A model generated the notes under the pieces. The model was not told the origin of the DNA and did no database searches. It saw only the letters and a list, made by a program, of their open reading frames with translations. A DNA stretch of 64,000 bases, taken from NCBI GenBank assembly GCA_043811375.1, contig JBDRNJ010000084.1:1-64000 (forward strand). The letters are read 5' to 3'. Each line of letters begins with the position of its first letter. Position 1 is the first letter of the stretch. Source of the DNA: a bacterium. Lineage in GTDB: Bacteria > Zixibacteria > MSB-5A5 > GN15 > FEB-12. The translations under genes and the position numbers were made by a program. Positions 9,413 to 20,529 of this stretch are shown here, piece by piece.

Positions 9413-10654
9413 ATGGCGGAGTTTTTGATAAAATGGCTGACGGAACAAGGCATTAGCGAGGGACCGGCCGTCTGGCTGGGCTGGGCCGGACTGGCGCTGG
9501 CAGTTACCATTCTGGCCTTCCTGTCGAACTTTGTTGCCAAACACATACTCCTGGTGGCGGTTCGTTATGTCGTAAGGAAAAGTCGCACCCGGTGGGATGA
9601 TGCCCTGCTGGAACACCATGTCTTCACCCGCCTGTCGCACCTGGCGCCGGTGCTGGTGATATACTCGGCCGCATCGTTGTTCCCCCCGGCAGAGTCACTC
9701 ATACTGCGGTTCTCGATGGTCTATATGCTGTTGGTTGGACTGCTGGTGTTTAATGCCTTCCTCAAAACGGTGCTGGCTATCTACCGTACTTTCGATGTTT
9801 CCCGCCAGCGACCGATCAAGGGCTATGTCCAGATCGTCCAGATAGTAGTTTTTGTCTTTGTGGGAATTATCGCAGTGTCGCAGGTCATGGGTCAGAAACC
9901 ATGGCTCCTGCTCAGCGGTATGGGCGCCATGACCGCTATCCTGCTGCTGGTGTTCAAGGACTCGATCCTCGGCCTGGTGGCCAGTATTCAGCTAACCAGC
10001 AACGACATGGTCCGTATCGGCGACTGGATCGAGATGCCGAAATACGGTGCTGACGGCGATGTGGTCGATGTTACCCTGCACACCGTCAAAGTGCAGAACT
10101 GGGACAAAACGATCACCACTATCCCGGCCTATTCGCTAATTTCCGATTCCTTCAAAAACTGGCGCGGGATGGCCGAGTCCGGCGGGCGACGGATCAAACG
10201 AGCCATACACATCGACCTGGCCAGCATAAAGTTCTGCACCTCGGAAATGTTGGGCCGCTTCGAGAAGTTCCAACTAATCACCGATTACATCCGGACCCGG
10301 AAAGCAGAAATTTCAGAGTACAACCGGGAACATCAGGTGGATACGTCGGAACTGATCAACGGCCGCAACCTGACGAATGTGGGCATTTTCCGCGCTTACT
10401 TAGTTGCCTACCTGCGTCACCACCCTAAAATCCACCAGGATCTGACTTTCCTCATCCGGCACCTGCCGCCCGGTGAGCAGGGTTTGCCGATTGAGATTTA
10501 CGTCTTCAGTAATGACCAGGAGTGGGTCAGCTACGAGGCGATCCAGGCCGATATCTTCGACCACATAATGGCGGTGGTGCCTATGTTCGACCTGCGGCTG
10601 TTCCAGAATCCCACCGGCGCTGATTTTCGGGAGTTCGCTGCAACCGGTGAATAG
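9413..10654 (+). CDS. MscS-family mechanosensitive channel (YbdG/MscM-like)
   Basis: FKDSILGLVASIQL, GDWIEMPKYGADGDV, NWRGMAESGGRRIKR and EAIQADIFDH motifs. Confidence 0.93.
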   Translation: MAEFLIKWLTEQGISEGPAVWLGWAGLALAVTILAFLSNFVAKHILLVAVRYVVRKSRTRWDDALLEHHVFTRLSHLAPVLVIYSAASLFPPAESLILRFSMVYMLLVGLLVFNAFLKTVLAIYRTFDVSRQRPIKGYVQIVQIVVFVFVGIIAVSQVMGQKPWLLLSGMGAMTAILLLVFKDSILGLVASIQLTSNDMVRIGDWIEMPKYGADGDVVDVTLHTVKVQNWDKTITTIPAYSLISDSFKNWRGMAESGGRRIKRAIHIDLASIKFCTSEMLGRFEKFQLITDYIRTRKAEISEYNREHQVDTSELINGRNLTNVGIFRAYLVAYLRHHPKIHQDLTFLIRHLPPGEQGLPIEIYVFSNDQEWVSYEAIQADIFDHIMAVVPMFDLRLFQNPTGADFREFAATGE

Positions 10655-10813
10655 GCGGGCCGCTAAAACCGTTACAAGCGTCGCTGCCGGCGCAGCTCTG
10701 AAAATTCTCCGTGACCGGTTAATCCTGTTTCGGTCTCCAGTTGTCTTACCATGTGAATGTTGCAAGACACGTATTATCTATAACCGTCCGGTTTGGAGAA
10801 ATAGGAGAGTGCG

Positions 10814-11497
10814 ATGACAAACTCCAGGAAAAACTTCATTGTAGACTTGCTCGCTTACGTGGGCTTTGTATTCCTGATCGGGACCGGTCTGATCCTGAAA
10901 TACATTCTGCCCCATGGTAGCGGCCGCGTTGTCGGCGGCGGTACCGGCCACCTGTCGGCGGAGAAATTGATTACTACCTTGTGGGGATTGACCCGTGATC
11001 AGTGGGGCCAGATTCATTTCTGGATAGCTGTCGTGATACTGGCGTCGCTGTTGCTGCACCTGGTCCTTCACTGGAAATGGATTACCTGCATGCTGGGCGG
11101 GAGGAAAAGACCGGACGATGCCAATGGCGGACGGGCAGCCCTGGGGATCGCAGGCATGTTTGGTATCCTGGCTTTGATTCTACTGCCTTTTCTGACCCCC
11201 ACTGACGTAGCTACCCGCGGTCAACTGCTGGAGCTTGGGGAAACTCAAAATTTACCTGTCAGTGAAGACGTTGCGGAACCGGGTACTCACGGAACGGAAA
11301 TTCATGACGAATCAATTGTCGGAAGCATGAGCCTGATACAGGTTCAGAAAAAGACCGGTATTCCGTACACGTACATTCTCAAAGAACTCGGCCTCTCCGA
11401 ACAGATATCTCCCGATACGAAGCTGGGCCAGCTCAGGAAAACACACGGTTTCTCAATGGAAGACGTGCGCATGATAGTCAGTCAATACAAACCCTGA
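10814..11497 (+). CDS. DUF4405 domain membrane protein
   Basis: TGLILKYILPHGSG...LWGLTRDQWGQIHFW...HLVLHWKWI (His-bearing TM helices). AGGAG RBS. Confidence 0.85.
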   Translation: MTNSRKNFIVDLLAYVGFVFLIGTGLILKYILPHGSGRVVGGGTGHLSAEKLITTLWGLTRDQWGQIHFWIAVVILASLLLHLVLHWKWITCMLGGRKRPDDANGGRAALGIAGMFGILALILLPFLTPTDVATRGQLLELGETQNLPVSEDVAEPGTHGTEIHDESIVGSMSLIQVQKKTGIPYTYILKELGLSEQISPDTKLGQLRKTHGFSMEDVRMIVSQYKP

Positions 11498-11520
11498 CGG
11501 GCGGCAAGCCGCTTTCCTGC

Positions 11521-11890
11521 GCCGTCACGAATACTTTCGTGACGGCAGCCTTCGGCTGATTTATGAGGTTTCCAACTTCAGTCTCACATCCATTGTGCAA
11601 AAGAGAATGTGTGGAAATGCCAATAAATGTGGCGATGCCACCGGTCAGGAAAGGATTCCTGACCGTGCGTAACCTCGCCAGGAGGCGAGCCAAGACCTGA
11701 CCGAACAGTGAACTTATGGCACAACCTCTCCTCGTGCGTCCACTTCTACCGCAACTCATGTAGGTCAGGAGTCTTATACTCCTGACTTCTGTTTTAAGCT
11801 GAGTGTCAGGACCGCAAGGGTCCTGACCTACTTGACTATTTAGCGTCAGGTGATCCTGCCTGACCACGCATAAAAACTTGTTTGGAGGGG
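11521..11890. repeat. Cluster of REP-like hairpins including an inverted GTAG pair (REPIN-like)
   Basis: Hairpins at 11521-11546 and 11642-11665. GTAGGTCAGGAGT..ACTCCTGAC (11760-11786) faces GTCAGGACC..GGTCCTGACCTAC (11805-11831). Further hairpins at 11843-11864 (matches 2704-2733) and 11874-11890. Confidence 0.8.
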
Positions 11891-11895
11891 TATCG

Positions 11896-13485
11896 TTATT
11901 TCACCAGAGCCAGCTTATTGACTTTGCCGGTCTGGTACTTGGGGAGGGTATCGACAAACACGACTTGTTTGGGCGTCTTGTGCGGCGCCAGTTCCAGCCG
12001 ACAGAAGTCCTGGATTTCCCGCTCGTCGGCAGTCCGACTATCATGGAGCACAACCACCGCCCTGATAGCTTCGCCGAGGACATCGTCCTCGATGCCTACC
12101 ACCGCCACCTCCAGCACTTTTTCATTCAGAAGAATCCGGTCTTCGATTTCTTTGGCGCTGACTCGATTGCCGCCGACCTTGATAATTTCCTTCTTGCGCG
12201 ACACGATATACAGATAGCCGTCCTGATCGCGACGGGCCAGGTCCCCGGTGAAGAGCCAGCCGTCGATGAGCACCTGCTTTTCTTCATCGGGCTGGTTAAA
12301 ATATCCCAGCATGACGTTGTCGCCGAACACGGCGATTTCCCCTACCTGCCCCACCGGAACTTCCCGGCCGTCCGGTCCGGCAACTTTTATCGTTACACCC
12401 GGCAGGGGAATGCCAATCGAGCCGACTTTTTCAGGCAAACGCTCCGGCGGCAGCCAGGTGACGCGCGGTGAGGCCTCGGTTTGGCCGTACATGATATAGA
12501 TTTCCCGGTCGGGGAAAGCCGCCATGACTTTCCTGATAACCTCCGGCGCCATCGAACCGCCGGCCTGCGTCAGGTAGCGCAGGTGAGGCAGCTTCTCAGA
12601 CACGAAGGTAGCATTCCTCAACAGCAGCATGAAGTTGGAGGGAACGCCCGAAAAACCGGTTACCTGCTTCTCGATCATCGTTTTCAGCACCGCGTGCGGG
12701 AAAGCAAAGCGGTTGTCGATAACCAGCCGACCACCGACCATAACGTGAGTCAGCAACAGTGAATTGCCATATATGTAATGAAACGGCAGGATGACTATTA
12801 CCGAATCAGCAGGTGTCAACTTGAGATACTCCACCGTGGCCACCGTATTAGAGACCAGGTTGCGGTGCGACAACATGACTCCCTTGGGAGTGCCGGTGCT
12901 GCCGGAGGTATAGTAGATGGCCGCCAGGTCGGTGGGGCAATCGGGGAGGTTGGCGTACATCAGATCGCCGGGTGACGCCGTCTGATCAATGTCCGCGACC
13001 AGATTGTCGAATTCGGTATCTGAGTCGACCTGTTTCAGAATTTCCGGCAGATTGGCAACCGTCACGCCGGTCTGCTCCGGCTCAACAGCTACATCGGTAA
13101 TCACCAGCTTGACCGATGACTGCTCACCTAGTATCCGGGGCAGATGGCGGGTATGCTTCGCCTGCATCAACAGCACGCCGGCGTCACAGTCGTTGAGTAT
13201 GAAGCCCAGTTTGTCAGGATTGAGAGAAGTGTCGAGCGGGACTACCGTATATCCGGCCCGGGAAACAGCAAAAAAGAATATGACATACTCGACCGAATTC
13301 TCACTCAGAATCGCCATCGGCGAACCGGACGGCAGATCCAGTCGGTCCAGATAGTCAGCCAGCCGAGCCGATCTCACCAGCAGTTCGCGATATGACAGGC
13401 TCTGCCCGCCATGCACGACAGCGATGCTGTCAGGGGAAATGGCGGCGCCTCTTATCAGTAAATCAAACAGTTTCATGTCAGTCAA
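11896..13485 (-). CDS. AMP-dependent acyl-CoA ligase (adenylate-forming family)
   Basis: YTSGSTGTPKG, MYGQTEAS, TGDLA, RKKEIIKVGG and GKVNK motifs. Confidence 0.93.
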   Translation of the reverse strand: MTDMKLFDLLIRGAAISPDSIAVVHGGQSLSYRELLVRSARLADYLDRLDLPSGSPMAILSENSVEYVIFFFAVSRAGYTVVPLDTSLNPDKLGFILNDCDAGVLLMQAKHTRHLPRILGEQSSVKLVITDVAVEPEQTGVTVANLPEILKQVDSDTEFDNLVADIDQTASPGDLMYANLPDCPTDLAAIYYTSGSTGTPKGVMLSHRNLVSNTVATVEYLKLTPADSVIVILPFHYIYGNSLLLTHVMVGGRLVIDNRFAFPHAVLKTMIEKQVTGFSGVPSNFMLLLRNATFVSEKLPHLRYLTQAGGSMAPEVIRKVMAAFPDREIYIMYGQTEASPRVTWLPPERLPEKVGSIGIPLPGVTIKVAGPDGREVPVGQVGEIAVFGDNVMLGYFNQPDEEKQVLIDGWLFTGDLARRDQDGYLYIVSRKKEIIKVGGNRVSAKEIEDRILLNEKVLEVAVVGIEDDVLGEAIRAVVVLHDSRTADEREIQDFCRLELAPHKTPKQVVFVDTLPKYQTGKVNKLALVK

Positions 13486-13572
13486 AGTTGTAATTTGTCG
13501 TTAAACACTCGGTTCACAGCAAGTATCGGCAGGCGTGCGCCCGGCTTGATGATTCCCGCCGCAAGCCAGATC

Positions 13573-13857
13573 TCAACCGATAAGCTGCGAGAAGTCTTCG
13601 TACGGAATAACCGGCCAGGTTTCCGTTTCCAGAATCCCCTGGGTGTTGATTTCCGAAGCTACCTTGAAAGCGATCTTCTGATCGGAAGCGTCAAAGACGG
13701 CCAGCAGATCGTAGCGACCCAGTGTGGCAAACAGGTTCTGCACCTTGACGCCGTTGGCAGGAAAGACGTCAAGAGAATCGTTGATCTTTTTCTGCAGATC
13801 CTGATGCAGTTTCTTGGCAGCCGGATTGATCGTCATCGCCATCATGAATAATGCCAT
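13573..13857 (-). CDS. GYD domain-containing protein
   Basis: 94 aa with the TLGRYD motif. AAGGAG RBS. Confidence 0.8.
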   Translation of the reverse strand: MALFMMAMTINPAAKKLHQDLQKKINDSLDVFPANGVKVQNLFATLGRYDLLAVFDASDQKIAFKVASEINTQGILETETWPVIPYEDFSQLIG

Positions 13858-13973
13858 GATTGCTCCTTTTCCCTGGAGGTTACACCTGTACTATAGCAGA
13901 CCAGAGAGCGACAGGCAATCGGTTTTGTACCTGATCCGGGCGAGGGGTCGTTTACGTCCGGTTTAACACGATT

Positions 13974-15155
13974 TCAGTAATTCACGTACACTCCCCGCTC
14001 CCGCAGGGCCGGGATATGTTCGTTGATGGATTGGTCGGACAGTGGATTGCCCCGCAGAGTGACCTCGTCATGACGCCCCAAGCCACGGTTTCGCACTAAT
14101 GGATAGATGTCGGTGATCTGGTTGGCGTCGAGATGCAGTGAAGTCAGTTTGGTGAGTCGTCTGAGCGGTTCAATATTGCGGATCTGATTGTGAGACAGCC
14201 CTAGGTTGCTGAGCTTGGCCATACCGGCCAGCGGATCGATGTCCGTGATGTGACAGGACCACACTTGCAGTTGAGTAAGATTCACCAGGGTGGTGATTGG
14301 CGCAAGGTCATTGATCGGGTTGCCGGCCAGAACTAGCACGTCGAGATCGGTCAGACGGGAGAGCGGCGCAGTGCTCTCAATCAAGTTGTGATATGCGAGA
14401 AGAACTCTCAGACTGTCCATACCGGCCAGAGGCGCCAGGTCAGTCACTTGGTTCCGGTGGATATCCAGCCACTTGAGACGATAAAGACCTGTCAGCGGCC
14501 CAAGGTCCGCAATCTGGTTCTCACTGATGACAAGTTGCTCCAAACCGGTGAGTCTCGCTAGTTGAGAGATATCGACAATCTCACTATTCGGCATCCAGAG
14601 TGCCTTCAGATTGTCCAAACCGGTCAGGTCAGGTGCACTGACAAATTGGTTGCCTCCCAAATAGAGAAACTCCAACCGGGACAGGTTGCGTATCGGGCCC
14701 ACGTCAGTTATCGGGTTGCCATACAGGAAAAGGTGCTGCAGGTGTTCCAGTTGACTCAGTGCAGATACATCAATGATCTGGTTGTGGCCTAAGAAGAGGA
14801 ATTGCAGGTTGCTCAGGTACTTCAGTGGATCGATACTGCTAATGTTATTTCCATTCAGCACCAGAAAGGTGACATTGACCAGAGATGAAATCCCGGTCAG
14901 GTCCGAAATGCCTTTGTGTATGGCCCACAGCGTATCGATCTCATGTAGGTCCGACAGATAGAGATCACCGACCGGCTTATCCAGTTCGTTACGGATAGCT
15001 GCTTCCAGACCGGCATCGGGGAAAACTACAACAGAATCCCCGAATGGTGTGCTGGCGGATCCGGTAACTTTGTCGTCATCACACGCGGCCAGCATGGCCG
15101 CCAGCATGACACCCAGACACAACACCCGGATCAGACCAATACGATTCGTCTTCAT
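13974..15155 (-). CDS. Leucine-rich-repeat (internalin-like) lipoprotein
   Basis: Lipobox LAAC, FPDAGLEAAIR cap and about 12 22-aa LxxLxxLxLxxNxIxD repeats. MKTNR start chosen. Confidence 0.9.
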   Translation of the reverse strand: MKTNRIGLIRVLCLGVMLAAMLAACDDDKVTGSASTPFGDSVVVFPDAGLEAAIRNELDKPVGDLYLSDLHEIDTLWAIHKGISDLTGISSLVNVTFLVLNGNNISSIDPLKYLSNLQFLFLGHNQIIDVSALSQLEHLQHLFLYGNPITDVGPIRNLSRLEFLYLGGNQFVSAPDLTGLDNLKALWMPNSEIVDISQLARLTGLEQLVISENQIADLGPLTGLYRLKWLDIHRNQVTDLAPLAGMDSLRVLLAYHNLIESTAPLSRLTDLDVLVLAGNPINDLAPITTLVNLTQLQVWSCHITDIDPLAGMAKLSNLGLSHNQIRNIEPLRRLTKLTSLHLDANQITDIYPLVRNRGLGRHDEVTLRGNPLSDQSINEHIPALRERGVYVNY

Positions 15156-15226
15156 CTTAATCTCGTACCTGCCATACAATGATCTGTCGCCACCGTCCCC
15201 CTGCAGTACCCGTCTTACAGGGTAAG

Positions 15227-16309
15227 TTACTTGAATTTCAGTTGTAAGTCAAGCTGCAGGCGGGTGTAATCCAATCGCCTGTCGGAAAGGTTAATGGTAT
15301 TGGAAAACAGAGTTGCCTTGACCGCAGCCTTGTCTGCCACCTGCACGGCGGCATTAATTTCGTGACCACGACCGTCGGTGCCGCCGCCGCGAAAATCAGA
15401 ATCCGTGAAGGTACCCACGACCGCATCTTTTTTGACATCGCGATAGATATAGCGGACAGCCCACGAGCCGACATTATTGATTTCGCCGATCCTTGTCCCT
15501 GTCAGCCAGCCGTAGCCCAGGCTGTCGATGGCGGTATTGTTGACATAGTCACCAAAGACCAGCACGGGGACATTGCCGATATAGTGCGTGAATCCGGCGA
15601 AAAGTTGCAGCAACTCGTACTCGTTGACATATCGATTGGCGACGCTGTTGCCCATCGGCCGGCTCGGATTGAAGAACGGTAGAAAACCAGCCGTGTTGAA
15701 GTAATTGAAAAAGCCGACACCGGCGAAGGCGCTGTTGTTTGTGTGGTCAGAGTGATGTTGCAGCATGATCTGTCCGGCGGCCAGCCAGGAGTCATCATCA
15801 TCAGCCCGCTCCTCGATCCAGAGACCAGCGCCAACCGCGGTCAATGTAAGACGGCCGATCTCTCTGTTGTAATTGAAAGCACCACCTTCCGGATTCCAAT
15901 CGTCATCCCATAGAAGTTCCGACTTTCCCGGCTTGATAAACGGGTTTTTGAACTTGCCGCCGGTTATCGACAGTTTCGGCACGGCTGCAAACTTAAATTC
16001 GGCATAGGCCAAATCCAGCATGAGACTCTTGGTGGAGAAACTACCACTCAGGGTCTGGTTGGTAGATACCGGGTCCTCTGTGCCGGTCGCCATCTGCACC
16101 ACCACTTTCGTGTATGGTGAGACCGCTCCCTCTACGGCTACCCTTGCCCGGATGCGATGCCGATGGCGCGGTTGAGCACCCTCTTCGTCGATCATCTCGT
16201 GCCGGTAACGCAGGTCACCGGAGACCTTGACACTGCTTTGCGACTCATCAGCAATTGCGGTGGCGTTTAACATAACTGCACAGAGACATGTAATCAGAGT
16301 TGTTTTCAT
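15227..16309 (-). CDS. Putative porin (Porin_5-like outer-membrane beta-barrel)
   Basis: Signal peptide MKTTLI..., GDLRYRHE, RHRIRAR and DPVSTNQTL motifs, C-terminal RLQLDLQLKF. Confidence 0.85.
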   Translation of the reverse strand: MKTTLITCLCAVMLNATAIADESQSSVKVSGDLRYRHEMIDEEGAQPRHRHRIRARVAVEGAVSPYTKVVVQMATGTEDPVSTNQTLSGSFSTKSLMLDLAYAEFKFAAVPKLSITGGKFKNPFIKPGKSELLWDDDWNPEGGAFNYNREIGRLTLTAVGAGLWIEERADDDDSWLAAGQIMLQHHSDHTNNSAFAGVGFFNYFNTAGFLPFFNPSRPMGNSVANRYVNEYELLQLFAGFTHYIGNVPVLVFGDYVNNTAIDSLGYGWLTGTRIGEINNVGSWAVRYIYRDVKKDAVVGTFTDSDFRGGGTDGRGHEINAAVQVADKAAVKATLFSNTINLSDRRLDYTRLQLDLQLKFK

Positions 16310-16401
16310 TGGCTGATGTTTCCTGCCATGTTGATTCTTGTCGTACCTGTGGGGCAATTCACGCAGAGACCTGCCGGGAGTTACATGCGTCATTCCAGAT
16401 A

Positions 16402-17010
16402 TCACAAGGCCAATAAACCAGTTCGAAATGTCTGGAAACTCCTGGAAGTGTTGCGTTCCGGCACCATATACTTTGAAATATTCCTTGCCGTCCGGATCTT
16501 GGGGAGGCCTGAGCGATAGTAGCCGGCATTTTGAAGAACCCTCTCAAGAGTCTCCCAGGTTCCACCCTGTATCGCATCAGGATCACTGAATCTTGGGCGG
16601 AGCAAAAGGCGTTCAGAAACATTCGGGTAGGCTTTCCGTAAGGCCTCAGTGTCGCCAAAAAACCAAGCCTCCAATTCCTCAACTACAATTCTATTCAATA
16701 CGTGAAACGACTGCTGTTTTCCTGAGGCCATAGTTTTCGTAGTCAGTCCGGCGTTGGCAGCAGTTTCCTCCAACCGTTGTTTCAGATCAAAGCAGCCCTG
16801 TCTGTCCTCATCGATTAATACCACCAACTTATAGTTATCGGACAACCACTTTGAGTATGTCTTTAATCTGTTCGGGAGTTTCTTGAGTAAATCGTGTTTC
16901 CCATTGTAAATCAGGAATCTGTAGGTATGGTCAGTTGTGAGAATGCGAGGAACGATGTTTCTTAGGGCTTCCTCGGCAGACGGCTCCTCCAGGTGAAAAT
17001 CTATATGCAT
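16402..17010 (-). CDS. DUF4276 family (TOPRIM-like) protein
   Basis: N-terminal EEPSAE, LIDED, EELEAWFFGD and NTSRSFQTF motifs. Lies directly downstream of the AAA ATPase. Confidence 0.88.
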   Translation of the reverse strand: MHIDFHLEEPSAEEALRNIVPRILTTDHTYRFLIYNGKHDLLKKLPNRLKTYSKWLSDNYKLVVLIDEDRQGCFDLKQRLEETAANAGLTTKTMASGKQQSFHVLNRIVVEELEAWFFGDTEALRKAYPNVSERLLLRPRFSDPDAIQGGTWETLERVLQNAGYYRSGLPKIRTARNISKYMVPERNTSRSFQTFRTGLLAL

Positions 17011-17016
17011 GCGGCA

Positions 17017-18273
17017 CTACCTTTTAGTGCGAGATCGCATGAACAGGTCGGTTTGTACTTCGTCACCGGCATTCCGAAGCGGATCCCCTACGTTGAACTG
17101 GCCTTCCGTCCACAGATCGCCGAGCTTGGCTCCATCGTTGACTAAGTCGGTAATACCAGATAGCTTGGAGGTTTGGCGAGCCTTGGTGTACCCATGCTTA
17201 TCGCGATACAGTACCCAGAGTTCCTCTGGACGAAGCTCATTGATAAAATGCGATGAATGTGATGTAACGAGAACCTGCGAGCGGTTGGCAGCATGCCGGC
17301 ACTCCTCTGTCATGCCGGGCAGGAGCCGCGGATGGAGTTGATTCTCGGGTTCTTCGATACCAATAAGTTGAGGGGGATTGGGATCATAGAGGATGATCAG
17401 ATACGCGAGCATCTTGAGTGTTCCGTCAGATGTGTACTTGGCGAGGATAGGACGTTCAAAGGGAGTATCCTTTATCTGAAGCAGGAGGCGCCCATCTGCC
17501 ATGACGCTCGTGTCGACCTTTTCCAGTCGGGGGATTCGCCGGGATAACGCCACCTTTATCCGTTCCAACCTGTCTTTGTGCTGTTCACTCAGGTATTGTA
17601 TCACATTCGGCAAATTGTCACCAGTCTGTGATAACCGCTCCTGTGGTCCGGCTTCCTGCAAGCGCCTGGCACTCTCAGACGAGAGATATGACAGATACCA
17701 GTCCGTGATGAATCTGCGAAGTGCCACAACACGTGGATGTTTAGACAGCTGCCCGAGAGTATTGACGGCCAGCATGTCGGGAGATTCCAGCTTCTCGGGT
17801 GATCGCTTGTCGTTCTCTTCAGGCATTTCCGTGCTGATTACCTCCCCGATACCTTTCTTAAAATCAAGAAAGTGGAAAGGCCGTCCGTGCGAACCGCGCT
17901 TCCACTGAAGCCACTCTTCTGCCACGAAAGGACGGTTGTTCTCTTCGTCAATTGCAAGGTGGTAGGTTATAAGAGGCTTATCCGGAGCTTCACGATACTT
18001 CAACTCGAAAACAACAAATCCCGTCGCGCCACGAGTGCGGAGTTCCACGAACCGTCCACGTTTGTCCCAGGCCTTACGCAAGCCCACCGAGAAACACTCT
18101 GAGAGAAAAGCAAACACATCGAATATCGTGGATTTGCCGCTTCCGTTGGGTCCAAGAAACACTGTTAAAGGCGTCAGTCCCCGGAGTTCCAGATTTTGCA
18201 AAGCCCGGTAGTTTTGAACTTTCAGAAATTCGATACGTGCAACAGAATGTGTATTCCGGGTGGTCGCTTTCAT
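17017..18273 (-). CDS. AAA_21/ABC-type (SMC-like) ATPase
   Basis: Walker A GPNGSGKS, signature SDGT, Walker B IGIEEPEN, His-switch TSHS. AGGAGG RBS. Confidence 0.92.
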   Translation of the reverse strand: MKATTRNTHSVARIEFLKVQNYRALQNLELRGLTPLTVFLGPNGSGKSTIFDVFAFLSECFSVGLRKAWDKRGRFVELRTRGATGFVVFELKYREAPDKPLITYHLAIDEENNRPFVAEEWLQWKRGSHGRPFHFLDFKKGIGEVISTEMPEENDKRSPEKLESPDMLAVNTLGQLSKHPRVVALRRFITDWYLSYLSSESARRLQEAGPQERLSQTGDNLPNVIQYLSEQHKDRLERIKVALSRRIPRLEKVDTSVMADGRLLLQIKDTPFERPILAKYTSDGTLKMLAYLIILYDPNPPQLIGIEEPENQLHPRLLPGMTEECRHAANRSQVLVTSHSSHFINELRPEELWVLYRDKHGYTKARQTSKLSGITDLVNDGAKLGDLWTEGQFNVGDPLRNAGDEVQTDLFMRSRTKR

Positions 18274-18507
18274 ACGTCCTCCTTAGAATCTTCGTAGAGG
18301 CGCGACGCGCCACATGAACGTTTCAGATTTGCACCCACAAGTAAATCCTCTAAAATGCTCTGGGGCCACATATTGGAATACGGTAGCGGCCTTTTTTATA
18401 CACATTCAAGTCAATATAGCCATCTATATCAAGCGCAAAATAAAGTCCTGCCGATTATCGATTTACACACTGAATCTATCGCCGATCCTGAAGCGATTTT
18501 ACTCTCT

Positions 18508-20529
18508 TCACCTCCCTAAATATCTCCTAAACCACTTCTCGATCCACTCCAGCCGGGCGATACGGCGGTCGGGGCGGCCGTGACGCGACAGGCCGTGCGG
18601 TTCTTCCGGGAACCGGACCATCTCGACCTTGCGCCGCAGCACCTTGAGCATGACAAACATCTGCTCCGCCTGCTCGATATTGCAACGTAAATCCCGCTCA
18701 CTGTGGATTATCAGTACCGGTGTGCGGACGTTCTTGAAATAAGTGATCGGCGAGCACTTCTCGTAGTTGTCGCGGTTGGTCCAGGGCCAGCCGGCAAATT
18801 CACGGTTGAGATCGTAGCCGATATCGGACGACCCGACAAACGACTTCAGGTCGACTACCGAACGCTGGGTCACCGCCGCGGCGAAGCGGTTGGTGTGGCC
18901 GATGATCCAGTTGGTCATGTAACCGCCATACGAGCCGCCGGTGACGCCCATCTTTTTCGGATGAATAAACTTTTGCTTTTCCAGATAATCCGCCGCCGCC
19001 ATGCAGTCCTTATAGTCAAGTTCGCCCCAGCCGCCGGCGATAGCCGCCGCCCAGGTTTCGCCCCGTCCGGCGCCGCCGCGTGGATTGGTGTAAAACACGA
19101 CATAGCCTTTAGCGGCCAGGTACTGCATCTCGTGGAAGAAAGTGTGGGCGTACTGCACGCGCGGGCCGCCGTGGATTTCCAGTATTGAGGGATATTTCCG
19201 TCGCGGTTTGAAGTTCGGCGGTAGCACCAGCCAGCCCTGCACCCGCGTACCGTCAAACGAGCGAAACATAACGTCCCGCGTCCGGCCCAGTTTCAACTCC
19301 GTGCGCAGGAATTTGTTCAGATCAGTATGCCGCACTGCTTTCTTTTCCGCACCGTAGGTAGTGGGGCAGGTCATGATATCGCCCGGGTTGTTCAGGTCGG
19401 CATAGATCAGCGCCGCCGTCTTCGTTTTGCCGTTCAGCGAAACACCCTTCAGGTGGCACTTGCCCCGGAAAACGCAGGTCGGTTTGCCGCCCGAGGCCGG
19501 CACGTAGTAAAAGTTGGTGGCTCCGGTATCGGATGCGGAGAAATACACTCGCTTGCCGTCGGCCGACCATATCAGCGCTGACACGAAGTGTGCGTCGCTG
19601 CTGTCGGTGATCGACTGGTCGTAAACCATGCGGTCAAACTTCGGCATCAGGTCCCTGGCTTTCGGCCGACCGGACAGGCCCACTTTCCAGACATGGATAT
19701 TGGTAACGCCCCATTCATCGTTCGGGTTGTCATGGCCGATGTATACGATACTCTTGCTGTCAGGGGAAAAGACCGGGCAATAAACCGGCCCGGCTACAGT
19801 GGGGACCCGTCGCTCTTTACCTCCCTTGAGTGGGACTACAAAAAGATCACCCCGCAGCGAATCGAGATCAGGGTCTTTGGCACGGTTGGAGGCATAAGCG
19901 ACCCACTGGCCGTTGGATGATACGGCAGCGAAGAAATTGTCGCGCTTGCCGTGAGTCAATTGGGTCAGCTTGCCGGTGGCGATTTCCATCCGGTACACCT
20001 GCCATCGATCTTTGGGAAGGTAACCCATCCCGTCCAGGCGATACCACAGCCGTGTAATGTGGCGATAGACCGGCGGCTTTTTCTTTTCTTTCTCGTCCTT
20101 GATGTAATGCGAGTCGTTGTAACGCAGGCAGAAGACAAGCTGTTTGCCGTCCGGTGTCCATTGCAGGCAATCAACGGCCGCTTCCAACTCAACGAGTTGT
20201 TTCTCGGCGCCACCGGAGGCGGGGATCAGGTAGATTCCCAGCTTCTTGTCGCGAACGGAGACAAACGCCAGTTGGCTTCCGTCGGGCGACCAGACCGGTC
20301 GACTGTCACTTACCGAGCCATGGGTGAACGGCTGTGACTCGCCGGAGGTAATATCCAGCAGGTGAAGGTTGGCATAGTACTTGTTGTCCTTTTTATCCAT
20401 CTGCTCGACAGTGTAAGCAATCTTCTTTTCGTAGGGTGACATTGCCACCGAGGTGGGCATTCTGAGTTTGAAAAGGTCTTCAGCCCTGATGGCGCGTTTC
20501 TTTGCGGGTTTGATGGTAGCTTTTGGCAT
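18508..20529 (-). CDS. S9 family (acylaminoacyl/prolyl oligo-) peptidase
   Basis: PD40-type propeller repeats (WSPDG), IHGGP, GGSYGG nucleophile, HSERDLRC and EEPHG. Confidence 0.93.
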   Translation of the reverse strand: MPKATIKPAKKRAIRAEDLFKLRMPTSVAMSPYEKKIAYTVEQMDKKDNKYYANLHLLDITSGESQPFTHGSVSDSRPVWSPDGSQLAFVSVRDKKLGIYLIPASGGAEKQLVELEAAVDCLQWTPDGKQLVFCLRYNDSHYIKDEKEKKKPPVYRHITRLWYRLDGMGYLPKDRWQVYRMEIATGKLTQLTHGKRDNFFAAVSSNGQWVAYASNRAKDPDLDSLRGDLFVVPLKGGKERRVPTVAGPVYCPVFSPDSKSIVYIGHDNPNDEWGVTNIHVWKVGLSGRPKARDLMPKFDRMVYDQSITDSSDAHFVSALIWSADGKRVYFSASDTGATNFYYVPASGGKPTCVFRGKCHLKGVSLNGKTKTAALIYADLNNPGDIMTCPTTYGAEKKAVRHTDLNKFLRTELKLGRTRDVMFRSFDGTRVQGWLVLPPNFKPRRKYPSILEIHGGPRVQYAHTFFHEMQYLAAKGYVVFYTNPRGGAGRGETWAAAIAGGWGELDYKDCMAAADYLEKQKFIHPKKMGVTGGSYGGYMTNWIIGHTNRFAAAVTQRSVVDLKSFVGSSDIGYDLNREFAGWPWTNRDNYEKCSPITYFKNVRTPVLIIHSERDLRCNIEQAEQMFVMLKVLRRKVEMVRFPEEPHGLSRHGRPDRRIARLEWIEKWFRRYLGR

